Shown here: positions 27,040 through 39,786 of the stretch, in pieces | Layout of the letters: every line of letters begins with the position of its first letter | How positions within the stretch are numbered: position 1 is the first letter of the stretch | From: Chiloscyllium plagiosum | Taxonomy: Eukaryota | Assembly: GCF_004010195.1 (NCBI RefSeq) | Contig: NC_057749.1 | Coordinates: 5,745,339 to 5,809,338, forward strand | DNA length: 64,000 nt | Direction of reading: 5' to 3' | The notes under the pieces: generated by a model | What the model was told of the DNA's origin: nothing | Databases searched by the model: none | Seen by the model: the letters and a program-made list of their open reading frames with translations, nothing else | Translations under genes and position numbers: made by a program

Positions 27040-27075
27040 ATTCCTGAAGAAGGGCCTGTGCCCGAAACGTCGAAT
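27040..27075 (+). ncRNA. Minimal type I hammerhead ribozyme motif in the pLTR
   Basis: AUUC-CUGAAGA-A-GGGC(CUGU)GCCC-GAAA-CG-UC^GAAU: stem I AUUC/GAAU, stem II, palindromic ACGU in place of stem III. Confidence 0.75.
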
Positions 27076-28479
27076 CTCCTGTTCCCTGGATGCTGCCTGA
27101 CCTGCTGTGCTGTTCCAGCAATAAAGTTTCAACTTTGATCTCCAGCATCTGCAGACCTCACTTTCTCCTCAATGTTCTGGTGACCCAGGTTTGAGTCCTG
27201 CCATGGCAGATGGTGGAAACTCAATAAAACCTGGAACTAATCATGACCGAAAAACCATTGCTGATTAACATGGAAATCCATCTGGTTCACTAACGTTCTT
27301 GAGGGAAGGAAATCTGCCAGCCTTATCTGGTCTGGCCTACATGCGACTCCAGCAATGGGTTGTCTCTGAATGGCCATCTGGGGTAGTTAGGGACAGGAAA
27401 TAAATGCTGGCCTGACCAGTGATGCCCATATTTCATGAACGAAAATAAAATTGAATTGTGGAAGAATTTTCTGTGCAGTGCTAAAAGAATGCTTTCATTA
27501 ACTGATATGTTATGCATGAACTGACTTCTTCTCTACAGCAAAGCTGATCAGAGAAAGAATAATTAATTTATTTACTTCAAGTATGGCACATAGATATGAA
27601 TACAGATTATCTATGTGATATGCTCAATTTCACTTGTTATTATGCAAGATTTCATGAATATTCAAAGGCTGCTATTATTTCCTACTGATGAATAACACTA
27701 AATGTACTGCACATACTACTGAGCAGAACTTGGATTAACAAAAACAAGTTGGCTCCCTTGCTTAATTTATAAAGGAATCAGTCCTTTCACCTGACTAATT
27801 GACTATCTCTGTCTCATTGTGTCCACTGCAGAGTTGGTGCAACCACTTTGGACGTTATACTTAGCCAGATACCAAATACTGTCAAGCTTCCCATTGTCTC
27901 AGGTTTTTGGAATTATTACATTCTTATATTTCTATCACGTGTGGTTTTAAGGTTCAAAAATACACTCTGATTCGAAGTTTTTAAAAAAAAACAGTGGCTT
28001 CCACCAGAAATTTCTTTCACTATGTGTTTCAACATTTTGTAATATCCCAGATTTCACGCAGTCAGAATAGAGTCAGAGATTCATTTACATTTATAATGGA
28101 TTGCACCATCTCCCTTTTTGAACAATACACTTGAACAACTTCAGCCAATTGTTAACTGGATATTTTAATTAGCTACTATGGTAATCGATTAAAGATGACA
28201 AGATAGCTACGAATGGAGGAACATCATTTTTCCTATTTTAGATGAACCAGTTGAAAGCTGTTTTAAAGAAAAATCCACATTTATATAGCACCCGTTCTGA
28301 CTTCAGACCACCCAGAAATGCTTTACAGCCAGTGGCGAGCACTTGAAGTGTAGCCACTGTTGTGATATGGCAAGCACAATAGAATAACTAATAACAACTT
28401 ATAATTATATCAAACAGTGTAGGTGCTGGAAATACTTAGATCTGGCAGCTACTATACAGAAAGAAAGTGAGATAACTTG

Positions 28480-29000
28480 GATATAGTTTTGCTCGCTGAG
28501 CTGAAAGGTTCATTTCCAGACGTTTCATTACCTTACTAGGTAACATCTTCAGTGGACCTCATGTGAACCAATGCTGAAAATTCCTGCTTTCTATTTATAT
28601 GTTTGGGTTTCTTTGGGTTGGTGATGTCATTTCCTGTGCTGATGTTATTTCCTGTGGTGAAGTCACATCCTGTTCCTTTTCTCAGGGGGTGATAGATGGG
28701 GTCTAACTCGATGTGTTTGTTGATAGACCTCCGGTTGGAATGCCATACTTCTAGGAATTCTTGTGCGTGTCTTTGTTTGGCTTGTCTTAGGATGAATGTA
28801 TTGTCCCAGTCGAAGCGCTGTCCTTCCTCATCCATATGTCAGGATACTAGTGAGAGAGGGTCATGTCTTTTTGTGGCTAGTTGGTGTTCATGTATCCTGG
28901 TGGCTAGTTTTCTGCCTGTTTATCCAATGTAGTGTTTGTTACAGTCCTTGCATGGTATTTTGTAAATGACGTCAGTTTTGCTCATTGTCTGTTTAGGGTC
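28480..29000 (-). mobile_element. Penelope-like element 3' fragment (GIY-YIG endonuclease C-terminus plus pLTR)
   Basis: Frame with YKIPCKDCNKHYIG..GRKLATRIHEHQLA and FDWDNTFILRQAKQRHAQEFLEVWHS. Confidence 0.88.
28515..28556 (-). ncRNA. Minimal hammerhead ribozyme motif on the REC114 sense strand (intron 2)
   Basis: UCCA-CUGAAGA-U-GUUACCU(AGUA)AGGUAAU-GAAA-CG-UC^UGGA. Confidence 0.72.
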
Positions 29001-29089
29001 TGTATACTGAGTTAATCTTTCAGGTGAATGATCTTTCTTCAGAGCTTCCAAACTGAAACACTGACGCCAGAAACACCAGAGAAACTTAG

Positions 29090-30240
29090 ACTTAATCAGT
29101 GCCTATAATAGAATGAAATATCCCAAAGCACTTCACAGGAGTGTTCTGAGACAGACTGTCTCTACCACATTCACGAGATATTAGACAAGATCACAGAGCA
29201 CTGAGTCAAAGAGGTACATTGTAAGGAGTGTCTTACAAGGAGGAAAGTGAGCACAGAGAGTAAATTCTAGAGCTAGGGACTGAGGCAACAGAAGGCACAG
29301 CCTCAAGTGGTGGACCAACTATGACTGATAGACGCTAGAATTAGTGGAGTACAGTTATCATGGAGGGTTGTGGGACTGAAGGAGAAAGATTAGGGATCTG
29401 AAAACAAGAATTTTAATCAGAAAAACATGACACTGTTTAACCAGGAGCCTATGTATGTCATAGAGCACAGGAATCACAGGGGAGCAGGACTTAGCTTCAG
29501 AATGAGGAGGTCAAGTTTCTGGACGAGAGAGTCTGGAGGTCCAACAAGAACTCCATTGGAATAGTCAGATCTGTAGGTAATGTAGACATGGACAAGGGTT
29601 TGCACAGCAGTTGAGTTGAGATGGAATGAAGTGAAAGATGTCACAGATTTGGAAAAGGTGAGTTTCGGGATGAGGAGTGAGAGGTCAGAAGCTCATCTCA
29701 GGAATAAATGCCATACCAGGTCTGTGTACAGACTGACTTCATCACAGACTGTTGGCAGGGAGAGAAATGGAGTTGATAGTTAGGGTATGGAATTTGGAGC
29801 GGGGGCTCAAATCAGTGGCTTCAGTCTTCTGAATATTTAATCTGGAAGACGTTTCAGCTCATCCACAACTGTACATCAGATGAGCAGTCTTAGAATTTAA
29901 CATGACAGAAACTGGGAGGGGCAGTAGCGAGATTGAGCTGGGTCAGCCCACGTGTAACAACTAACTCCATGCCTTCAGATTATGTGGTTAAGGGGTGCAA
30001 TGCAGTGAGAATTAGGAGGGGGCAAAGAATTGGGGACAGGAGGTAATTGCACAGAAACAAGAACTGAAGCCACTGCAAGTCATTTTCTAGCTATTATGAG
30101 GTAGATATTAATGGATCCATGATAGAGTAGCCCCATTCAGCTGAATGATGGAGAGGCTGCGGAGATAGATGGCGGTGCGGTCAACGGCATTGAAGGCTGT
30201 AGACAGTCAAGGTGGAGGAAGGACAGCTTCCCTTTGTCGC
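29090..30240 (-). mobile_element. Old L2-type LINE fragment
   Basis: L2-like 3' end (cccaaagcacttcaca) and an antisense LDYSNGVLVGPP-like frame. Confidence 0.6.
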
Positions 30241-31239
30241 AGACTGGAAACCTGGAGTGTCATGGTACAAAACCAACTTTCCCTTTGCCTCTGCACAGGA
30301 AAAGATCTCGTCTTGTAGATACCGTTTTTGCACAGAAGAGGGCATAAGAGGAACACAGATACAATCATTTCTGCAATACCTTAGTTGTATTAAAAGTTTG
30401 GTTTTGTAATTACTGTGTTGTAACAATAGTCATCATGGTTCCAATTTGTGAAGGTCAACATAATTCCTTTGACAGGCAACGGTTTGTTTCAGGGGAGGAC
30501 TGCTCTACATCTAAGCACATTGAGACATTTCTTCCCCCACCTCCCCACCCCCCAAACCCCATTTTCAGTAATTACAAATTGTATACAAGAGTCTTTAAGA
30601 CCATACCTCAGAAAGATAAACTATAAGAAGGTTTACAATAATACCTGCAGATGGTTATCTCCAAACACAGAATTGCACATTTCTCAGAAGTAGGCCAATT
30701 CGGTTAATATCTCTCATGTGGCAAATGCTGTGCCAGAGTCCATCTGTCTCCAAATATTCCATGTACTCCAAAGAATATTTTAAAACATCTTATTTTTTTT
30801 TCCCCATCCACCTCCCAAACATTTGCCTCCCGCTCTTCATGAAAATATTAACTCCCTGCTGGAATACAGTTGCAAGAGGGATTCAGTAAAATAGCTCTGC
30901 TTCACATCCAAGGAAGATATTTTACATGGCAGTATAGTGTCACTAAACCAAACCCTAACATTATCCGAAGCAACACACATGCAATTTTCCTACAAAACCT
31001 ACCAGTGGTGACCATCATGGATATTTTCCTCTCCCCAACTTAAGATAGTTAGAAAACCTTTCAGCTAACCTAATCATCACAGTCAAAAATGGAACATGCC
31101 CAGTTTTGATAATACAGTTGTTCACTACTTTAACTTCCTCAGTCAGGAAGCCTGATGTCTCACTTTTAATGTGTTCTTATTCCAACTTTAACTGCACTAG
31201 ACCTCATTGAAAATATACAAAACTGAGCTCATGAATCCT

Positions 31240-32000
31240 AGCTAGCCAATTACTGTCCCAACAGTCAATTCTCGATCAATAACAGAAGAGAATAGAACGG
31301 GTCATCAAGCCACTCAGCTCCTGACCTCACTACAGCCTTGGTTCAAACATGGACAAAAGAGCTGAATTCCAGAGTGGAGAATGACAGCCCTTGACATCAA
31401 GGCCACTTTTGACTGACTCTGGCATCAAGGAGCCCCAGCACTGGAATCAGTGCATCAGGGGCCAACTCTCCCTTGGTTATGGTCATACCTGGTGTGTGGG
31501 AAGATGGTTGTGGTTGTTGGAAGTCAGTCATCTCAGCTTCAGGACCTCTTTGCAGGAGTTCCTCAGGATAGTGTCCTCGCCCCAACCATCTTCAGTTGCT
31601 TCATCAATGACCTTCCCTCCATCAAAAGGTCAAAAGTGGGGATGTTCTCCAATGACTGCACAATGTTCAGTACCAGTTGCGACTCTTCACATTCACAGCA
31701 ATCTCTGTTCAAATGCAACAAGACTTCAATCCAGGCAAGTGGCAAATAACATTCGCACCACACAAATGCCAGGCAATGACCATCTCCAATAAAACACAAT
31801 CTAACCACTGCCCCTTGACATTCAATGGTGTCACTATCCCTGATTCCCCTGCTATCAACATTCTGCCATTGAGCAAAAACACAACTCATGTCAGTACAGT
31901 AGCTACAAGAGCAGGTCAGCGACTAGGAATTCTGCAGCAAATAACGCACTTCCTGACTCCTCAAAGCCTGCCCACCACCTACAAGGCACGAGTCGAACCC
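31240..32000 (+). mobile_element. CR1/L2-group (Crack-like) LINE RT fragment
   Basis: LDIKATFD, AGVPQDSVLAPTIFSCFINDLPS, WQITFAPHKCQAMTISNK. Confidence 0.85.
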
Positions 32001-33009
32001 TAATCTGTTCAACTATGCATCAAGACAATCGCTCATCCAAATAATCAACTGAACATTCTCTGAACTGCTTCCAATGTAAGCATGACCCTCCTGAAGTGAC
32101 GTGATCAAAACTGTACACACTTCTGCAGATGGGGCCACACCAAGGTCCTGTGGCAAGGCTTCCCTATTTTAGGCCTTCTTCCTTCTTGCAAGGCCCAACA
32201 TTCTATTAGCCTTGTTGTATCTGTATGCTGAAGTTTTGCAAATCAAGTACAAGGACAGCCACATTCCTCTGTACCGCAGTTTTCTGCAGTCTGTCGCATA
32301 AAGTCAGATTACATAACCTTCAGTAAGCAGAGCTGCAGAATGCTAGCATGAAATGAGCACAAAATGATTCCACATTAACAGGTGTGTAAATGTTATACAG
32401 ACTGGATTCAGTCCAGTTTGCTCATCAGCAATCTTCCTCTCTGCTGACCCCATTTCCCACCTTGGTAATGATTTAGCTTGCTTCATCTTTAATCACAAAC
32501 CCTTCAAAACCACTGGCAGCAGAGACATTCAGCTGTCTAGGTTTCCCGCTCTGGAACTCCATCAACTGTACTTTCTGCTCAGCCTCTCTCTTCACCTTGA
32601 AAGTTGGTGCTTAAAAAACCGCCTCAACTAAAGCTTCTGGTAGATTCAGTGTCAATCATTTCTCATCTGATTTCAGATTAAGGATCCTTGAAACTGCAAA
32701 GTACCAGGTAATCCGACAGAACAGAAACACTTGCCCTTGACATTTGATGGCATTACTGTTGGCAACCTGTCCACAATCCACAGCCTGAGGATTATCGTTG
32801 GCTAGAAACCAGACTGGCCAAGATACACAAATACAAGAGCAAGTCAGAGGCTGATTATTCTGTTTTGAAGTGTCGAGATGTAAATTACTCCCAGCAAAAT
32901 AAACATCTATTCAGCACAGAATCAGGAGTGTGATAGAGTACTCTCCAATTGCCTGGATTAGGGCTCAACATTCTTCATCCTCCATGAAACAAAGCTGTCC
33001 TTTTTTTTA

Positions 33010-33335
33010 GAAGAAGAATCTCTACAGTGCAGAAAAAGGCCATTCGGCCCAACAAGTCCACACCAACCCTCCGAGGGGCAACCCACCCAGAACAATTCCC
33101 TCACCTTATCACTCCACATTTACCCCTGACTAATGCACTTAATCTACACAACCCGGCACACTATGGGCAATTTAGTATGACCAGTTCACCTAAGCTACAC
33201 ATCTTTGGACTGTGGGAGGAAACCTACACAGACACAGGGAGAATGTGCAAACAGTGGCCCAAGGCTGGAATGAAACCCAGATCTCTGGTACTGTGAGGCA
33301 GCAGTGCTATCCACTGAGCCACCATGCAGCCCCAG
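33010..33335 (-). mobile_element. HE1 SINE
   Basis: Consensus match on the minus strand. Confidence 0.85.
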
Positions 33336-33694
33336 TTCTTCTGTACTGGCACTCAGTCCACATCCTATGCTTTACAGACAGACAATAAATACTGGCCTTG
33401 CTAACAAAAGATCTACATATAAAAATTGCATTGCATTCCTAGGGTAAAGGTACTAAGTAATTGCAAGTTATTGTTCATTCAGTTCTGGACTCTAACCCAG
33501 ATTTATTTTTTTTAAAACGGGGATATTTGAACACAACTAATTTAGGAATTAAATGCCCAGATCCCCTGAATAATTTTAAAACCATGATTTTTTTTTTGAC
33601 AGGGGAAATCTCATTTCTGAATTAAAATGTATTTATTGTCTTCTGATCTGCATAATCCTTTCCAAGAAGAGAATACAGTAGGACAAGGGTATTT

Positions 33695-34024
33695 GATTAG
33701 ATTGCTTACAGTGTGGAACCAGGCCCTTCGGCTCAACAAGTCCACACCTCACAGCGCCAGAGACCCGGGCTCAATTCCCGCCTCAGGTAACTGTCTGTGT
33801 GGAGTTTGCACATTCTCCCCGTGTCTGCGTGGATGTACTCCGGTTTCTTCCCACAGTCCAAAAATGCACAGGTTAGGTGAATTGGCTGTGCTAAGTTGCC
33901 TGTAGTGTTAGGTGAAGGGGTAAATGTAGAGGAATGGGTCTGGTTGGGTTGCTCTTTGCAGGGTCGGTGTGAACTTGTTGGGCCGAAGGGCCTGTTTCCA
34001 CACTGTAAGTAACCTTATCTAATC
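33695..34024 (+). mobile_element. HE1 SINE whose 5' end is replaced by an inverted copy of its tail
   Basis: 33695-33748 is approximately the reverse complement of 33967-34024. Confidence 0.82.
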
Positions 34025-34174
34025 TCACTGCACAATTCAAAACAGTAAAAGGGGAGCCCAGCAGGTTTCCAAGCCAATTGTTATCCTTCAGTTGATACAA
34101 AAACAGATGCTCTGGTCACTATCTCAATGCTGTGTGCAAACTGACTACTGCTTTTTGCGACATTAACTATGCTT

Positions 34175-36640
34175 TTTTTAAAATTCATTCACGGGACGCC
34201 AGCATTGTTGACTGGCCAGCATTTATTGCCTGTTTCCTCGTTGCCCTTGAGAAGGTGGGGTGAGCTGCCTTCTAGGACCATAGCAGTCCATGTGCTGTAG
34301 GTTGACCCACAATGCCCTTAGAGAGAAAATTGCAGGATTTTGACCTTGTGATGGTGAAGGAGCAGTGATATATTTTCACGTCAGGATGGTGAGTGGCTTG
34401 CAGGTGATGGTGCTCCCATGCATCTGCTGCCCTCGACCTTCTAGATAGAAGTGGTCATGGTTTGGAAAGTGCTGTCTAAGGATTTTTGCTGAATTTCTGC
34501 AGTGCACCTTGTAGACAATACACACTGAACCCATTCAAGCGAGTGGGGAGTATTCCATCAAACTCCTGACTTGTGCTTTGTAGGTGGTGGGCAAGTTTTG
34601 GGGAGTCAGGAGGTGAGTTACTTGCTACAGGATTAATTGCCTCTGATTTGCTTCTGTAAACAGTGTTTATGTGGCAAGTCCAGTTGAGTTTCTGGTCAAT
34701 GGTAACACCAAGGATGTTGATAGTGGGCGATTCAGTGATGGTAACATTATTCAATGCAAAGGGGCTATACTTAGATTTTCTCTTATTGGAGATGGTTATT
34801 ACCTGGCATTTGTGTGTAGCAAATCTATATCACAGTAGAGGTGGTGTTGGATGTATTGGAATGTATGAAGATAGATAAATCTTCTGATCCTGACCAGATA
34901 CATCCAGGAACACTGCAAGAGGTTTAAAGAAAAAAAGTTGTGGGGGCCCTTGTTGATATTTTTGTATCATTATTAGCCACAGGTCCCAGAAGATTGGAGG
35001 GTAGCAAATGTTATGCCCTTATTCAAGGAGGGCTACAAAAATAAAAACTGGGAATTATAGACCAGTAAGCTTAACATATGTGATAGGCAAGTTACTTGAG
35101 AAGATTCTGAGTTAAGATATAGATACATTTGGAAAGACAGGGTTTGATTAGGAATAGTAAGAATGGCTTTATGCATGGAAGATCATGCCTCACAAATTTG
35201 TTAGAGTTCTTTGGTGAAGTGACCAGGATGGTTGAGAAGGGCAGGGCGGTAGACATAGTCTATATGAATGTCAGTAACGCCTTTGATAAGGGTCCACATA
35301 GTAGGCTGCTCTGGAAGGTTAGGTCGCATGGAATCCAGGGAGAGCTGGCAAATTGGACACACAATTGGCTTGACAGTAGGAAGCAGGGGGTAATAGTGGA
35401 AGGATGCTTGTCAGACTGGAGGCCTGTGACCAGTGGAGTGCCTCAGGGGTCGGTCTTGGTCCCATTATTGTTGTTTTCTATGCCAAAGATTTGGATTAAA
35501 ATGTACAAGGCATGATTAGTAAGTTTGCAAATGATACAAATTGGTGGTATCATGGAGAGTGAGGAAGGTTATCAGAAATTGCACCTTGATCAGCTGGGGA
35601 AGTGGGCCAAGAAATGGCAGAGTTTAACATAGATAAGTGTGAGGTCTTGCATTTTGGATAATCAAATCAGAGTAGGAATTTCATGTTGAATAGTTGGGCC
35701 TTACGGAGTGCAATAAAACAGAGGGACCTTAGAGCTTAGGTGCACGATTCACTGAAAGTGGAGTCAAAGGTAGACACGGCAGTGAAAAAGCTTTTGGCAC
35801 ACTGGCCTTCAGCACTGAGTATAGAAGTTGGGAAGTTATCTTGCAGATGTACAAGGCGTTGGTGAGGCCACACTTGGAGTATTGTGTTCAGTTTTGGTCA
35901 CCTTGCTATAGGAAGTTATCAAACTGGGAAGTGTGCAGAAAAAATTTACAAGGATGTTGCCAAGACTCAATGGTCTGAGTTACAGGGAGACGTTGGACAA
36001 GCTAAGGCTTTTTTTTCTTTAGAGCGTAGGAAACTGAGGGGGGACTTATAGAAGTGTATAAGATCATGACAGACATGGATGGGGTGAATGCACTCAATCT
36101 TTTTCACAGGGTTGGGAAGTCAAGGACTAGATGGCATCAGTTTAAGGTTAGAGAGGAAAGAATGAGTGAACCTGAAGGGCAGATTTTATACACAGAGTGT
36201 GGTACTCATATGGAATGAGGTGCCAAAAGAAGTGGTTGAGACTGGTATATTTACAACATTTAAAAGGCTTTTGGACAAATAAATGAAGGATATGGGCCAA
36301 GTTCAGGGAAATGAGGTTAGCATGGTTGGACATTTCGATCAGCATGGACTAGTTTGGGCCAAAAGGCCTGTCTCCGTGCTGTAGGACTCTGACTAAATGT
36401 TACTTGTCACTTGTCAGCCCAAGTCTGAATATTGCCCAGATCTTGCTGCATTTGAATATCAACTGCTTCAGTATCTAAGGAAGCACAAACGATGCTCAAC
36501 ATTGTGAAATCATCAAACATCCCCACTTCTGACTTTATGACAGTTGGAAGGTAACTAATTAAGCAGCTGAATGGTTGGGCTTAGGGCATTACCCTGAGGA
36601 ACTCCTGAAGCTGAGATGACTGACCTCCAATAACCTAGTG
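34175..36640 (-). mobile_element. Crack-like LINE (minus) split by a CR1 insertion (plus, about 34826-36393)
   Basis: ITESPTINILGVTIDQKLNW on minus resumes after 36395. Inner CR1 reads AFDKGPHSRLL...GVPQGSVL. Confidence 0.85.
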
Positions 36641-36961
36641 CAAGGTGCTATATAAATCCAAGTTATTTCTAAAATCCTAGTTTACCTGAGTTTCTTACAT
36701 TAACCTCACTTCTGTTCCTACTATATAACAGACAGTATTCTCATTTAATGCATTTGATGTAGACGCAATAAAAAGGTAAGCATTATGGTCCTGAACAGTC
36801 AACACACAAAGGGCAAAACCAATTTCTGCCCCACCACAAGCACCATTCTGATTCTCACCAATCTGTTTTATTACATTGGTGTTGAATCTTTCTAGGGTTT
36901 CCTTCTTTAGAAAGAGAAGACAACACAATTACAGAACTCTACAGTTGTTTTTCATCAACCA

Positions 36962-37230
36962 GGGCTCAGTGGTTAGCACTGCTGCCTCACAGCACCAGGG
37001 TCCCAGGTTCAATTCCAGCCTCGGGCGACTCTCTCTTTCTGGAGTTTGCATATTCTCCCCGTGTCTGTGTGGATTTCCTCCTGCAGGCCAGGTGAATTGG
37101 CCATGCTAAACTGCTAATAGTAGTAGGTGCATTCTTATAGGGAAATGGGTCTGGGTGGGTTACTCTACGGAGGGTCGGTGTGGACTGGTTGGGCCGAAGG
37201 GCCTGTTTCCACACTGTAGGGAATCTAAAT
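36962..37230 (+). mobile_element. HE1 SINE
   Basis: Head, V-domain and tail. Confidence 0.85.
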
Positions 37231-38139
37231 AAAAAAAAAACCTGTTCAGATGTATTATAACAAACCTCTGGACCAGGTAAGACTTGAACCAGGGCCTTCA
37301 GGCCCAGAGATCAGGACACTACCATTGCAACAAGCAGCCTTACAAAAGTTTACGTACAGAGGTATGTTTAAAAAGGTGGCATTCACAAATGGTTATTGTT
37401 ACATTATTTAGAGGTAAATATCCTTAATGATACCCAGTATTCCTCTCAACCCCACTCACTCAGCAGCCATGGGATTTATTGTTGCCACCTCCCACACAAA
37501 ATAAACTATAACATTGTTATTTACCAGGTTAAATATCAGGTTTCCTTTATACTTGACAGGACTTTTTAAGCCTGTGCATGATCAATAAACAGCATTAACA
37601 TTGTGAGAAGGCAAAGCAAAATTAAGAAAGAAAATCTGATCTGAATCCTGAGGTTATAGCCTCAAGGAAACGAGAGATGCAAATATGTTTTTCCGCTAGC
37701 ATACACAGGTTGCGTATATGCAATGTCATTATAGTTCTGACTGTTCCAGGCACTATTTTCAGGCTCCCCCATGTTTACATGCCAAAAAAAAAACAAATAA
37801 TGCATTCACTCGCATCTCAACAGCAAAATTCAAACTAGCACTAGGTGGAAGGATGGCAGGAAAGCTCGCAGCTCTAGAAGCAACACCGCTACACCATGAG
37901 CCCCGATTGTCTGAAACTCAAACTCAGCAATACCCCTATCCAACCAGCAATACAAGCAACAGGACAGAATCGTAATCAGTGATTGAAGATGCAGTTCCTC
38001 ACTGATTCTCTCGCACTCATATACAGGGGCAGCATTTTTCTGTCTGGTCACCCTCATTCTGGGTGTGGATTTGAACACATTTGTCACATTGAGCATAGGA
38101 ACTTTGTCATTCCCTGTTATTGAAAGAAAACAGGTGAAA

Positions 38140-38755
38140 GAAAACAGGTGCACCACCACATGCTGCCCTTGAAGCGGCTGTGAAGATTGAAACGGTCACA
38201 CATCTCCTTGAGGAACATGCCTTTGGAAAGGAAGCCTGGAGAAAGATGCAGTGGTTGTTGTCAAGATTTGACCCAGGCATTTCCGTGCTCTACGGTCTGT
38301 TCCCTGGAACGCACACCGAGACAAACATCAGCTCCACCGAGAGGACCATCAACTCGGTGAAAGATGCTCTTTGGTCTGCCTGAAATCTGTTGGTCTTCCA
38401 GCGTTAATCCCAAACTAGTGTTGCAGACTGGCACATTCCAAGCTCAAGGACTATGTGCTGAGGGAGGCACTAAAGCTTGGGGCAGCTGTCACCAAGGCAC
38501 GGTGGGGAAAGACCACTGTCTGAGGTCTTGCTGAAATGAAATGGAGGTCTGTTCAGTTGTTGGACCCTCCTGGTGCCTCAAATGCATGTAAGTATAATCT
38601 GGTTCATGGTAGGAGTGCCCTTGGTTTGTTTGGATGGAGTCAAACTCTAATGATTGTTTGCTTTCTTCATATGCTACCATACAGAATCGAACTGTGTTTA
38701 TGACTGTACAAAGATTTTTTTTAAGAATAAAGTACATTTTTTGAAATTAAAAGAA
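38140..38755 (+). mobile_element. L1/Tx1-type LINE 3' end
   Basis: CCP*SGC..ETVTHLL zinc-knuckle remnant, VLYGLFPG, INSVKDALWSA; AATAAA and A-rich tail. Confidence 0.7.
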
Positions 38756-39179
38756 AGAGGGGCAAAGCGATCAAGACTTGCACTTAAATTGCTGACTTGT
38801 CTGCTGCCTCCACTATCACACTGAGTTCTTTAGCAATTTCTGTTTTAGTTTCAGATTTTCAATGACTGAAGTTATTGTTTTAGTTTGTATTCCTCAGTTT
38901 GGTACGATGCTTTAAGAGTGTCAAAGGTAACTTTTTTCACTACTCACACAGATGTGTATGACTTAAAGAAATGCTCATATTATCGATGAAGCAAGTTTAG
39001 TACGTGAAACACAGAAAAAGCCTTGGCTCCATTTATCCATTGACTATATTTAAGGAGAGGCTAGTTTTTAAAAAAATCATCCTGACTTGCAACTATACTG
39101 CCGCTCCTTTACTGGCACTGAGTCAAAAACCTGGATCTCCCTTCATAATAACACTGTGGGTGTTAAATAAAGTCGCAGG

Positions 39180-39786
39180 TAGGTAAGATAGTGAAGCAGG
39201 CATTTGGTATGCTTTCCTTTATTGGTCAGAGTATTGAGTACAGGAGTTGGGAGGTCATGTTGCGGCTGTACAGGACATTGGTTAAGCCACTGTTGGAATA
39301 TTTCATGCGATTCTGGTCTCCTTCCTTTCGGAGAGGATTTGAGCTATAGGGAGAGGCTGAACAGGCTGGGGCTTTTTTCCCTGGAGCGTCAGAGGCTGAG
39401 GGGTGACCTTATAGAGGTTTATAAAATCATGAGGGGCATGGATAGGATAAATAGACAAAGTCTTTTCCCTGGGGTCAGGGAGTACAGAATTAGAGGGCAT
39501 AGGTTAAGGGTGAGAGGGGAAAGATATAAAAGAGACTTAAGGGGCAACTTTTTCATGCAGAGGGTGGTACGTGTATGGAATGAGCTGCCAGAGGAAGTGG
39601 TGGAGGCTGGTACAATTGCAATATTTAAGAGGCATTTGGATGGGTATATGAATAGGAAGGGTTTGGAGGGATATGGGCCGGGTGCTGGCAGGTGGGACTA
39701 GATTGGGTTGGGATATCTGGTCGGCATGGACGGGTTGGACCGAAGGGTTTGTTTCCATGCTGTACATCTCTATGACTGTATGACTG
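39180..39786 (+). mobile_element. CR1 LINE 3' fragment
   Basis: LSYRERLNRLGLFSLERQRLRGDLIEVYKIMRG...NFFMQRVVRVWNELP. Confidence 0.93.

Larger units (their letters stand above)
26201..27170 (+). mobile_element. Young 5'-truncated Penelope-like element (RT C-terminal fragment, gap, partial tandem pLTR) inserted in a SINE
   Basis: Frame YKPTDSHSYLDYTSSHPAPCKNAIPFSQLLRLRRICSQED. pLTR end repeated at a 320-bp offset (26793-26850 and 27113-27170). 14-bp TSD AATGTTCTGGTGAC at 26187 and 27171. Confidence 0.88.

Noticed and set aside
37830..38159. 109-aa minus-strand ORF with an acceptor-like site, as an extra exon
   Set aside because: No similarity to REC114, and exons 2 and 3 already join without missing residues.
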